DNA of 37,666 nucleotides from a virus. Taxonomy: Duplodnaviria > Caudoviricetes. Numbering within the stretch: position 1 is the first letter of the stretch; every line of letters begins with the position of its first letter. Location: IMG/VR virus record IMGVR_UViG_3300017909_003475, positions 1-37,666 of that record, one strand, 5' to 3'. The translations under genes were made by a program, and so were the position numbers. The notes beneath the pieces were generated by a model that saw only the letters and a program-made list of their open reading frames with translations, made no database searches and had not been told where the DNA came from. Positions 9,509-18,665 of the stretch are shown piece by piece.

Positions 9509-9938
9509 TTGTAAATTTTATCTCCTCTTTTTCGAGCCAGTGTTCTGCTATAAGAATATATGCACCTAGCCACGCAATATGCATATATCTTAATGTATTT
9601 TTTGGTTTTCTTACTGTTGCAACAAAGAACTTGCCGTGATTTTCTTTGAATATAAGTAAAGGTTCTTGTTGCATTTCCTGTGCTTGTTTACACAGTTTAC
9701 TCCACCATTTAAATAAATTGTTACTTTTTTGTGTGTATATTTTACTGTCAAAGCCTACATGTTTGTAGAACTTAACTTCTACAGTAAATAAATTATATTT
9801 TAAGGGTACTTGTAAGTCTCCTTTGACTTTACCACTACCAGACCCAGGTGTTTGTACCCAAGTCTCATCTGTCATTCTTTCTAGTAAACTTATTACTTGT
9901 TGTTCCCCACGATTACCTTTTTGTCGAGGATTTACCAT
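9447..9938 (-). CDS. D14: T5 D14-like PD-(D/E)xK endonuclease / Holliday junction resolvase
   Basis: RQKGNRGE, PGSGSG, KGD...VEVK; T5 synteny upstream of D15. Confidence 0.8.
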   Translation of the reverse strand: MVNPRQKGNRGEQQVISLLERMTDETWVQTPGSGSGKVKGDLQVPLKYNLFTVEVKFYKHVGFDSKIYTQKSNNLFKWWSKLCKQAQEMQQEPLLIFKENHGKFFVATVRKPKNTLRYMHIAWLGAYILIAEHWLEKEEIKFTNGDKILRPWEPSSDWELADS

Positions 9939-10177
9939 TATGTAGGTTGACTAAATAATAATTTTTCTAAATCCATATAACCACCAATCTTTTTGTCATC
10001 TACTATGATTTGTGGAAATGTCCTTGCAGTAGGAAATAGTTCTCTAACTTCACTGGCTTCATAATCTTTGCCCATCATGTTATATACTACTTCTGTTACT
10101 TTTTGATGATTTTCTGCTAATGCCTTTGCTTTTGTGCAATAAGGACAATTAGGAATACTATAAATCTCTACTTTCAT
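9938..10177 (-). CDS. grx: Glutaredoxin
   Basis: CPYC active site, RTFPQI cis-Pro motif, IGGY. Confidence 0.92.
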   Translation of the reverse strand: MKVEIYSIPNCPYCTKAKALAENHQKVTEVVYNMMGKDYEASEVRELFPTARTFPQIIVDDKKIGGYMDLEKLLFSQPT

Positions 10178-11985
10178 TCTAACCTCGATATTTTATCTTC
10201 TTTTATTACTTGTATTTTAGACAACAATGGATGTGTCCAACCGTGTGATACTATATAAGTATTTAAATTTTCTTCTTTTAGCAAGATTTCTACTAATCTT
10301 TCCTTTCCAGTTTCGTCAAGTACATTTGTAACCTCATCTAAGAATAATACATTTATTCTTGACTTTGATATGCTACTCATTAACTTACGAATTGCAAGAA
10401 GTGTAGAAGTATTAACTCTTGCTAGTTCTCCTGCACTCAGAGCAAGTATTTCTACTGCGTTTCCATTATCATCTATTTCTACATTAAGTTTGTCATTTAA
10501 TACTACAAATTGTAGACTGAATCTTCCATCTGATAATTCTGCAAGATATTCATTTGTTAATTCTTCTAAATCTTTTACAAGATTTTCTATTTTATATGCA
10601 AGTAGTCCATTTGTACTAAATGCTTTTTTGAGTATTTCAACATGAGATAATTTTTCTTCTACATTTATAATGCTAGAACTTAATTCATCTAATTGTTTTT
10701 CAAAATCTGTTTGTTGTTCTTCAATAATTCCAAGTCGAGTATTATGTCTTTCTATTCTTTCATTCTCTGCGATTACTTCTTCTACTCGACTTCTTCTGTC
10801 TGATATTCTTCTTTTTAGTTTAGCAATCTTTTCTTGCAGTTCTTCACTATTTGGAACTTCTGCAGGTAATTTATCATCTATACTTCTAAATAAATCTTCC
10901 CAGTTTTCTATCTTTTCCTTCATTCTACGGTGAAGTTCATTATTACGTTCTGTTATATTGATTTCTTCTTGTATGCTTTCAAGTCTTTCTACTAACTCTG
11001 CTTTTGCTATTTCGTGTTCTTTGTATTGTTTTTCAATAAAATCAATATCTATTTCTTGACTACATGTAGGGCATACTTGTTCTTCTGAATCTTTTAAGTC
11101 AGAATACTTTTTCAACATTTTATTTTCAAAAGCACCTCGACTTTTGATTTCACCTAAGTCTGTTTTTAGACTAGAAGTGTCTTGTATTTCGGAGTTTGCT
11201 ACAAACTCTCGAGCAAGTCCTAAATCTATGGACTCTAACTCTTTTTTATATAAATTATTTTGATTTATTTTTTTCGTAATTTCCGAAATATTTTCAAATT
11301 CTACTTGTAAAGAACGTAAAGAATCTTCATCTTCTTCTGAATAAAATGGTAATTCCAATTTTGGAAGTAGTGATGTATCTTCCAATTTATTGTCTGATAA
11401 CCACTTATTAATTGTGTCAATTTTCCCTTGTATGCGAGAAACGTCTCCACCTAAATTTCGTGATAATTCCTTAAAAACTTCAAAGTATTTTACATAATTA
11501 TCTAGTTGTAGTAAATCTATCAAAAATCTTTTTCTATTTGTATCAGTTGCTGTTAAAAACTGTAAACTAGCATTGGTATTTTGATATACAATTTGTGAAA
11601 AAGTTTTGAAGTCAATTCCAATAATTTGTTCTAATGTTTTGTATGTATTAGTAGCTGTGTGGCTTGATATATCTTCTCCATTTTTATAGAGTTTTACTTT
11701 GATATTAGTTCTACGACTTACATCTATTTTATATTCATCATCAACCACATCAAAAGACAAAGAGATATCATAGCCATTATTGACTTCACGATTTGGTATG
11801 TCTGCTTTTTTGATTCCTTTTGAATTTTTGTTGAATAATACTTCTTCAAGTATTAGAGGAATAGAACTTTTACCAGTTCCATTTGTTCCAACAAGTTGAG
11901 TTACTGTGCTTTCATTTAAATCTAACTCATTGTCAGAACCATAACTGAAACAATTACTCCACTGCAGCTTCTTTAGCGTAATCAC
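10174..11985 (-). CDS. D13: SbcC/Rad50-like ATPase (T5 D13)
   Basis: Walker A GTNGTGKS, Q-loop, coiled coil with zinc hook CPTC, LSAGE signature, Walker B LFLDE, H-loop VSH. Confidence 0.92.
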   Translation of the reverse strand: MITLKKLQWSNCFSYGSDNELDLNESTVTQLVGTNGTGKSSIPLILEEVLFNKNSKGIKKADIPNREVNNGYDISLSFDVVDDEYKIDVSRRTNIKVKLYKNGEDISSHTATNTYKTLEQIIGIDFKTFSQIVYQNTNASLQFLTATDTNRKRFLIDLLQLDNYVKYFEVFKELSRNLGGDVSRIQGKIDTINKWLSDNKLEDTSLLPKLELPFYSEEDEDSLRSLQVEFENISEITKKINQNNLYKKELESIDLGLAREFVANSEIQDTSSLKTDLGEIKSRGAFENKMLKKYSDLKDSEEQVCPTCSQEIDIDFIEKQYKEHEIAKAELVERLESIQEEINITERNNELHRRMKEKIENWEDLFRSIDDKLPAEVPNSEELQEKIAKLKRRISDRRSRVEEVIAENERIERHNTRLGIIEEQQTDFEKQLDELSSSIINVEEKLSHVEILKKAFSTNGLLAYKIENLVKDLEELTNEYLAELSDGRFSLQFVVLNDKLNVEIDDNGNAVEILALSAGELARVNTSTLLAIRKLMSSISKSRINVLFLDEVTNVLDETGKERLVEILLKEENLNTYIVSHGWTHPLLSKIQVIKEDKISRLE

Positions 11986-12916
11986 TAAACACTCCTAAAA
12001 TATTTTTAACTTTACTTTCTTCTAACTCTAATATGTAACTAAGATACTCTCCTAGTTCTTCTTCCATTGTCATTTCTCTATCTAATATTAGAGTCGCCTC
12101 TGTTTTTCTGCGAATTACTTTCTTGTCTAGTAACTCACTATTTTTTATATTACTTAAATCGGCAACATCACCTTCTATTTCATAAATAGTATGGTCATAC
12201 ATTGTTTGTACCATTTCGCTTGGGTCTGTTACTGTTTGTCGAATTAGTTGAGGCAATTCGAACTCATGCCATGTCCAACTCCAGTCTTTATTATCAATAA
12301 GTAAGTAGCCAGTTTTGACACGATTTCTGTGAAAACTTGTAGTCATAGGACTGCCAGGATATACAATGTTTCTTTGAGTATTCTCGTGAGCATGTAAATC
12401 TCCTGAAAAAACAACTTTAAACTTATCGAATCTTTCTAAGTCTACTTCTGGTTGTACATGAGGTGGTATCTCTCCACGAACATGAGTAAACAGAACATCT
12501 GCATCTATATCTTCTATTGCATTTTTCTTGTGTAAATCTGCGTAAGGTAATATTGCATAGTCATGTGGAACCATTTCTCCATAAGTAGTTTCATCAATTA
12601 CTTTTACTAATGGATTTAATTGTTCCGTAACTCTTTTTAAATTTGTAAAGAAAGTTTTATTCTTTCTTGTAGCTTCGTGATTTCCATCATAAATAATAGT
12701 TTTCACACTAACTCCCTTTACAAAGTCAAAGTAGAGTGTAAGTTCATCCATGCTGGGGACTCTATCAAACAAGTCCCCACCAATGATGTGCAAATCAACA
12801 TCTTTTTCTATTTCATAGATTTGTTCAAAGAATAACTTGTAACGAGTACAAGCCCATTGTACTGGAACATTCTTTTGACCAAGTTTTATATGCCAATCTG
12901 CAGTAAATAGAATCAT
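11954..12916 (-). CDS. D12: SbcD/Mre11-like metallophosphoesterase nuclease (T5 D12)
   Basis: ADWH, GDLFD, GNHE, GDLH, YPGS motifs. Confidence 0.92.
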   Translation of the reverse strand: MILFTADWHIKLGQKNVPVQWACTRYKLFFEQIYEIEKDVDLHIIGGDLFDRVPSMDELTLYFDFVKGVSVKTIIYDGNHEATRKNKTFFTNLKRVTEQLNPLVKVIDETTYGEMVPHDYAILPYADLHKKNAIEDIDADVLFTHVRGEIPPHVQPEVDLERFDKFKVVFSGDLHAHENTQRNIVYPGSPMTTSFHRNRVKTGYLLIDNKDWSWTWHEFELPQLIRQTVTDPSEMVQTMYDHTIYEIEGDVADLSNIKNSELLDKKVIRRKTEATLILDREMTMEEELGEYLSYILELEESKVKNILGVFSDYAKEAAVE

Positions 12917-13434
12917 CCTACGAATTCATCTCCTGGTTGCCATTCACAACCTGTAAGACCACCAGTCTTGATGGCTTGTAGTGTTCGTAAGACTTCATGT
13001 GCATTTCTGCCTGTATCTAAGGCGTTTACAGAAACATGCTGAACTACATTATAAATATCTATAATATAAGTTGCTCTAAAACATACTCCTTCTTCCTCAT
13101 TTACTATACCTAGTTTATGAGAAAGTTCTAATCCACAGTCTGCGGCTAAAGAATGATTAATTCCTCCAATGAGTTCATTTTGCTGTTTCCAAGCTAATTT
13201 ACAAAACTCATTATCACCACTTATACCGATAACATTTGCTTCTTCCACTAACATATCCATTCCCTGTATTTCAGTAGGACAGATAAAAGTAAAGTCTTTT
13301 GGATAGAAATAAATAACTGTGTAGTCATGTTTTAGAGGCTCATAGTGGTCATCAACTGATACAGTTGTAAACTTATTATTCGCATCTACTCCTCGCAATT
13401 CAAATGCGGGAAACTCTTGTCCTACTCCAATCAT
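12913..13434 (-). CDS. ahpC: Peroxiredoxin, AhpC/TSA family
   Basis: FYPKDFTFICPTE peroxidatic motif, RATYIID, GRN..EVLR, C-terminal CEW. Confidence 0.92.
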   Translation of the reverse strand: MIGVGQEFPAFELRGVDANNKFTTVSVDDHYEPLKHDYTVIYFYPKDFTFICPTEIQGMDMLVEEANVIGISGDNEFCKLAWKQQNELIGGINHSLAADCGLELSHKLGIVNEEEGVCFRATYIIDIYNVVQHVSVNALDTGRNAHEVLRTLQAIKTGGLTGCEWQPGDEFVG

Positions 13435-14057
13435 TTTATGTCAAACTCCTCACTTACTGTTTCATCAGGCTCGTTAGCTGCTCCTTCTCTTAATCTGTCA
13501 AGAAGTTCTTTCTGAGCATCTGGTGTAGGTCTAGCTAAGACTTCATCCATTGACTTTAACTCAGCAATTAATTCTTGTTCTGCCTCATCAAGAGGTCTTT
13601 GCTTACACTTCAGTGCTTGTAATTGATACTCAACGTTGTAAGCCATCGGTCCAGTTTTAACTCTTTTAAAGTGCACATCCCAACCAGTCTCGGGGTCAGT
13701 TGGATCGCCCAAGTCTTCTGCAGCAACCATAATTTGCTCTAGAAGTTTCTTTTTGAGATTTAGAACTTTGACTTTGCCGTCATGAATACACTGAATAGCG
13801 TACGCCCATCCACATTTTAGGTCTGGATGATATTCTCTAACCCAGTCTTTTTCAACATTGGTGAACGCTTCTGTATTTCTATCGAATGATAGACACTCGA
13901 ATGGTAAATTCTTACCGTTTTCTCCTTTCAACCAGTAAACATATCTTGGTAACATGTCACCGACTAAACGGACTTTGTTATCGCCTTCTACATATTGGTA
14001 GCTATCGATTTTGCTTTTTTGGGCTTCGCCCTTGGCTTGATTAAATTTTATTGCCAT
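13431..14057 (-). CDS. D11: T5 D11-like single-stranded DNA-binding protein
   Basis: GDNKVRLVG..LPRYVYW, PFECLSFDR, acidic tail EEFDIK; T5 synteny. Confidence 0.8.
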   Translation of the reverse strand: MAIKFNQAKGEAQKSKIDSYQYVEGDNKVRLVGDMLPRYVYWLKGENGKNLPFECLSFDRNTEAFTNVEKDWVREYHPDLKCGWAYAIQCIHDGKVKVLNLKKKLLEQIMVAAEDLGDPTDPETGWDVHFKRVKTGPMAYNVEYQLQALKCKQRPLDEAEQELIAELKSMDEVLARPTPDAQKELLDRLREGAANEPDETVSEEFDIK

Positions 14058-14455
14058 TTCATTTCTCCTAATGTGATTTCTTCAAATTTAAAATGTATTC
14101 TATCATCTTCAATCCAAAGTAATCTATTCTTTTCAATAATGTCCTCTTTACCATAAAAGTGAAAGAGGTCTAGTGTGGTATCTTTATTCTTTTGATATTC
14201 AAAATAATTACGCAAGGATGCGATACCTGCATACTGCACAAGTTCTCTATCTGAATATCTCCTTCTTTGAATGAACAAGGGTTTTGGGTTTACAAGGAAA
14301 CTGTGTCCATGAAAACTTTTAGTCCAAAACTTAAATGTTCTATCGTATCTATTTCTTGGTGGTAATTTATAAGTCAAAATATGAAGGATTGTCATTATGT
14401 CTTTGACACTTCCTTTGCTTTCTTTTCTTATTTTTTCCCAATTATAGAATAACAT
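14048..14455 (-). CDS. Conserved T5-like hypothetical protein between D10 and D11
   Basis: GHSFLVNP...QYAGIASLRNY...IHFKFEE pattern and position match the T5 gene before D11. Confidence 0.65.
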   Translation of the reverse strand: MLFYNWEKIRKESKGSVKDIMTILHILTYKLPPRNRYDRTFKFWTKSFHGHSFLVNPKPLFIQRRRYSDRELVQYAGIASLRNYFEYQKNKDTTLDLFHFYGKEDIIEKNRLLWIEDDRIHFKFEEITLGEMKWQ

Positions 14456-14496
14456 ATTATATCAAAAATTTAACTGCGTGTCAAGAAGTATTTTTT
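14456..14496 (-). promoter_or_regulatory. Sigma70 promoter abutting the start codon of ORF 14455
   Basis: On -: AAAAAATACTTC-TTGACA(14484-14479)-17 bp-TATAAT(14461-14456)-ATG. Confidence 0.85.
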
Positions 14497-14500
14497 CATG

Positions 14501-15778
14501 CTATACTTCCGAAACCTCATAACCCTGTCGCATGTAATATCCCATTCTCGCACTTGCCTGCTTTCTAGCTGTGCGTCCGTCTAGGTGAATGTCTACGATT
14601 ACAGGTTGTAATTTACCTTCTCTTATACGAATGATTCTTCCTATAAGCTGTGTTAGTAGTGGGTCGTTATTAACGGGTGTGCCCAAAATAAGACAACTTA
14701 GGCAGTCCACGCTAATTCCTTCACTAAATATACTCTGTGTTCCACATAGAATATCAACCTCGTCAAATACTTTCTTTATCATTGCAGGGCGTTCTTCATG
14801 AGGTATTTCTCCAGTTACACAAATTGCGTTATTTCCAATGAGTCGTGTACAACTTTTCAGAAAATCAACGCGATCGCTGACAAGTAGCACCTTATGCCCT
14901 TTTGCCGCATAACTTGCCGCTAACATGCCAATCATGTTTTGATACTCCCAGTCATACGCAAGTGAGTTGATTCGAGTCGCCCAATCAACATTGCCATCAA
15001 GAAAGCGAATTCCCGATTTTACTATGTCAACTCGGGGAGTAAGATAATTTTCTCGTGGTGGTTTGAACACTTCAGATGAGAAATAGTCACGAAAGATTAC
15101 ATGTCGCCCATCTTTACGTTGCATTGTTCCAGTCAATCCAATTTTGTACCTTGCTCGTGAAGCATCAATAATGCGTGTAAAAGTTGGACTACTGACATGG
15201 TGCATCTCATCCAATATAAGTGTACCGAACTCCCCTGCGATTTTGTCGATATTTCGATAGAGAGTTTGTATGTTTCCAACGACAAAAGGTGAATCCGTAT
15301 CAAATTTACCTGAGCCAATCACACCCGCTGTAACCCCGAAGACTTTCTTTATTTCTTTTTCCCACTGTCCTCTTAATGCTAAAGTGTGAGTAACAATTAG
15401 GGTTTTCTGTGCTAACTTATTTGCGATAGCTAACGCAGTAAATGTCTTACCCCAGCTTACCCAAGCGTTAATTATACAACTGTCTTGGACTTCATCATAA
15501 ACTGATTGTTGAGAGTCTCGTAAAGTGAACTTAAAGTCAAGTGGTTGTATGGGTGAGTCTACGCGTTTGTCTTTAACTTCGTAATCCTCTGGTATAAGGT
15601 CAGTACGACCTACTGGTATAGTAACGAGCCCACGACGTATTACCCCCATATTTTTAATTATAATAGGTGGGTCTATTGGTCTTCTTGGGGGTATACTATA
15701 GGTAAGTTCTTTGTCGAGATACTGCTGGTATTCGTCACTTACTTCTAGGTATATTCTGTTAGAGAGAACTGCTTTCAC
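14501..15778 (-). CDS. D10: Superfamily 2 helicase (T5 D10-like)
   Basis: SWGKT Walker A variant, DEMH, GLTGT, SEGIS, QLIGRIIR. Confidence 0.92.
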   Translation of the reverse strand: MKAVLSNRIYLEVSDEYQQYLDKELTYSIPPRRPIDPPIIIKNMGVIRRGLVTIPVGRTDLIPEDYEVKDKRVDSPIQPLDFKFTLRDSQQSVYDEVQDSCIINAWVSWGKTFTALAIANKLAQKTLIVTHTLALRGQWEKEIKKVFGVTAGVIGSGKFDTDSPFVVGNIQTLYRNIDKIAGEFGTLILDEMHHVSSPTFTRIIDASRARYKIGLTGTMQRKDGRHVIFRDYFSSEVFKPPRENYLTPRVDIVKSGIRFLDGNVDWATRINSLAYDWEYQNMIGMLAASYAAKGHKVLLVSDRVDFLKSCTRLIGNNAICVTGEIPHEERPAMIKKVFDEVDILCGTQSIFSEGISVDCLSCLILGTPVNNDPLLTQLIGRIIRIREGKLQPVIVDIHLDGRTARKQASARMGYYMRQGYEVSEV

Positions 15779-16301
15779 TCTCTACATACTCCAACATATT
15801 TTCAAGAATATCGATTTGTCTCTCATAATTTATCTGTCTAAATTTTATATTGTTTGTAAAAAGAATTTTAAGAATCTGTCGGTCAATACGAATAGACTCT
15901 TGTAAGTCTTGAGCCCTGCCAGTATTTTCATAACTAGATGGTCTTTCCATAAAGAAATTTATGTTCTTGTTGCGCTCATAGCTCTCGAGAACAAGTTGAT
16001 CAAGCGCGTCTGTGTACGGGGATGCTGAGTATGCGTCTTTGTAAACACTACTAAGCAAGGTGGGAGAGTCCGTAATACAATAATCAACTTGTCCTTCGAG
16101 CCTATAAACTTGTCTATTTTGATTTGCAAAGATATAAAGTTGGTCTGATAAAAGTTCAAAGTGTTTCTCCCACACTATTTGTTTTGGGAACTCATTTATA
16201 AGTTCAACACTATATCCTTTCTCTTTCATCTTGTAAAAGAGACCTGCTGCCTGTGCGGATTTACCTGAACCCGCTCCTCCAAAGAAATTGATAACAATCA
16301 T
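15759..16301 (-). CDS. P-loop NTPase / nucleotide kinase (NadR-type AAA family)
   Basis: INFFGGAGSGKS, ITDSP, GR.QD lid motif. Confidence 0.75.
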   Translation of the reverse strand: MIVINFFGGAGSGKSAQAAGLFYKMKEKGYSVELINEFPKQIVWEKHFELLSDQLYIFANQNRQVYRLEGQVDYCITDSPTLLSSVYKDAYSASPYTDALDQLVLESYERNKNINFFMERPSSYENTGRAQDLQESIRIDRQILKILFTNNIKFRQINYERQIDILENMLEYVESESSSL

Positions 16302-16960
16302 TAGTCGATATGTGTAAAGTTTTCTGTCTCAAAAAAGTTATATATCATATCATCTAAATACTCTTGAGGAATAATCATTTCTCCTGTTCGTAAATTTTCG
16401 TGTTCATCATGCCAGTCAAAGTCATCTTGGTGATAAACATCTCCTAAGACTTCTTCCATATAATAAGCAATATCTCCATCATCAAGATACTCTTCATCAT
16501 ATGATGAAATCCATTCTCCATCAGTATCTCTATGAGATTCTATGTTATAGATTCCTATGAAGTTTCTGAACTCATCTTCAAAAGTCATTTTTAAGTATGC
16601 TGCTTCATCATAAGTATCTTGTATATAATGAACAATTGCTTGACACATATCAATTGGTGCACTCCATGCTGAATATCCACTCAGATGTCCTAGGTCACAT
16701 TCTTCTACATTACACCACTTTGCACCAACATTGCTCACATACCAATTCCAAGAATCAGTAAGGTTTCCTTCTTCATCAAACTTTGGATTTAAGTGTTGCA
16801 TGAAAGGTTGATGTTCTAGTTCTTTGAATTCTCTTATAGTATATGTATCATCAGTATTCCACATCTTTCTTTCCACATTTTCTTGTAGAAAAGATTCGTT
16901 CCATTGTTCCTCTGTTAAAGGCGAGGATACCTCTATATTAAAATATACATAATTTGCCAT
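16301..16960 (-). CDS. Acidic hypothetical protein, DUF1281/YubB-like
   Basis: MAN start, WNWYVSNVGAKW and SAWSAP resemble the WYxW..NWGTKW / TAWSPP family motifs. Confidence 0.55.
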   Translation of the reverse strand: MANYVYFNIEVSSPLTEEQWNESFLQENVERKMWNTDDTYTIREFKELEHQPFMQHLNPKFDEEGNLTDSWNWYVSNVGAKWCNVEECDLGHLSGYSAWSAPIDMCQAIVHYIQDTYDEAAYLKMTFEDEFRNFIGIYNIESHRDTDGEWISSYDEEYLDDGDIAYYMEEVLGDVYHQDDFDWHDEHENLRTGEMIIPQEYLDDMIYNFFETENFTHID

Positions 16961-16969
16961 GTCTTTCTC

Positions 16970-17560
16970 CTAAGTAAATTGAGGGCCTGAGTACCATTGA
17001 ACTAGTGAGTATCGCGTACCTTTTTTCACTTCTGTCACTCTGTGCATTAGCATTGAAGGAAATACTATGACTGTGCCTTGTTTGCGAAGTTCATGTGTTG
17101 GCATCTTCAAGTCCTGTGAGCCCCAATAGTTTTTCATTTCTAAATCACCGCCTTCGTAATCTTTGGGGTCTGATAGATTAACGCTGATAGAGAGTTTTCT
17201 ATGTGGAGTATTATTATTTACTGAAACATCTTTATGCCAATTATAAAAATGTCCTTTCTTATACTCCGAAAATTGTGCAAGTTCCATATCGGTAACTGTA
17301 AAGTTCCAACCCGCTTCTATATTTGCTAGTCCTACATGAGAATGAAGTAAAGTTTCTACTGTGTTTCCTTTTGGAATCCATGCAATATTTGTTTTTCTAA
17401 ACCCACTATGCATTATTTTATCTTTACTGTCTGTAGAGCCATATACTCCTGCTTCATCCATTTCAAACTTTTTACATATTTCTATAATTTCTTCACATAA
17501 TTCTTTTGGTATTCTTTCATGTTTATTATACCAATAAGGTGTGTTTAATACTTGTCTCAT
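16970..17560 (-). CDS. PKHD-type 2OG-Fe(II) oxygenase (prolyl-hydroxylase-like)
   Basis: YNWHKD, RKLSISVNL, YEGGDL, FPSMLMHRVTEVKKGTRYSLVQW. Start set at the TAATG overlap at 17560. Confidence 0.9.
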   Translation of the reverse strand: MRQVLNTPYWYNKHERIPKELCEEIIEICKKFEMDEAGVYGSTDSKDKIMHSGFRKTNIAWIPKGNTVETLLHSHVGLANIEAGWNFTVTDMELAQFSEYKKGHFYNWHKDVSVNNNTPHRKLSISVNLSDPKDYEGGDLEMKNYWGSQDLKMPTHELRKQGTVIVFPSMLMHRVTEVKKGTRYSLVQWYSGPQFT

Positions 17561-18201
17561 TAGAACCACTTAGTTGGTGTGCCTTCTGAATATTGTACTT
17601 TTAAATTTCCAGACACACTTATTCTTGTTACTTCTGATTTAAAAGGTGCAACCCAATGTTGCTGTTGTGCAGGAAATATATACATATCTCCTGTTCTTGG
17701 TGTTACATGATGTCCTATTGTTGCCCATTGTTTACCTTTGGAGTTTTCTCCATAATTAAACATTAACTGTCCAGGCTTTGCAGTAGTGCCTTCATGTTCT
17801 TCCATTTCTTTTTCTAATTGTTTTGGAACATCTACAAAGATAACAAAAGATATATCTCCACCATGAATATGTGGTGGATTAAAGTCTCCTGCTTTCATAA
17901 AGTTAACCCATAAACTTTGATAGAGTAAAGGAGTTGGCATATATGGAAGTGCATGATATTCACAATGTGCTTGTCTGTAAGCAGTAAATATGTGTGACAT
18001 TTCTTTATAAAACCATTGTTCAAACTCTTCTGGATATTTGAATTGACTTTTTATGTGTCCTGCTAACTGATGATTCCAACTACGTTCTGCTTGTTTACCT
18101 TCTGCATCTAATCTTTTTAGAACATTTTTAGGACAAGCAAATTTTGCTACAAACGGACCCCAGTTAAAATGACTGTAATATTTATTTAAATCTTTCGCCA
18201 T
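17560..18201 (-). CDS. 2OG-Fe(II) oxygenase (TIGR02466-like)
   Basis: WVNFMKAGDFNPPHIH, IFPAQQQHWVAPF, RISVSGN. Confidence 0.85.
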   Translation of the reverse strand: MAKDLNKYYSHFNWGPFVAKFACPKNVLKRLDAEGKQAERSWNHQLAGHIKSQFKYPEEFEQWFYKEMSHIFTAYRQAHCEYHALPYMPTPLLYQSLWVNFMKAGDFNPPHIHGGDISFVIFVDVPKQLEKEMEEHEGTTAKPGQLMFNYGENSKGKQWATIGHHVTPRTGDMYIFPAQQQHWVAPFKSEVTRISVSGNLKVQYSEGTPTKWF

Positions 18202-18665
18202 GTGTTTTTCTTTTTCTCCTGACTCAATTCATATAGAAAAGAGGGTTTTCTGTTAATGTATAACACTCCTGCATATCTTTCATGTGGCAGGGGTGGTACA
18301 GGTACTTCAAAGGGAAATGGTATTCCTTTTACCCATACGAGTGTTGCTATGTTCTTTCTTTCGATTTTTTGTATAACTTCATACTTTAAATCTGCTTTTT
18401 TACTTTTTTCGTAGATAAAAAACTTTCCATTTGAATCTACATAAAATCTTCCTCTGTGTTTTGTAAGTCCTGAAAAATCATTTATTTGATACTTTAAATC
18501 ATATAAATTTTTCATAGGAGTTCTTAGTCGTCTTTCTCCAAGTGTTTCGCCTTCTACATTCTTATCGTCAACTACTGCACCATCTATCCATAATAATCCA
18601 TCACGAATAATTGCTTCTTCTGAATGAACAACATAAACAGGGAATCTAACTTCGTCTAGTTTCAT
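18186..18665 (-). CDS. Conserved T5-like hypothetical protein downstream of DNA polymerase
   Basis: FPVY, VVDDKN..G.TLGERRL, FYVDSNGKFFIY; syntenic with T5. Confidence 0.65.
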   Translation of the reverse strand: MKLDEVRFPVYVVHSEEAIIRDGLLWIDGAVVDDKNVEGETLGERRLRTPMKNLYDLKYQINDFSGLTKHRGRFYVDSNGKFFIYEKSKKADLKYEVIQKIERKNIATLVWVKGIPFPFEVPVPPLPHERYAGVLYINRKPSFLYELSQEKKKNTWRKI

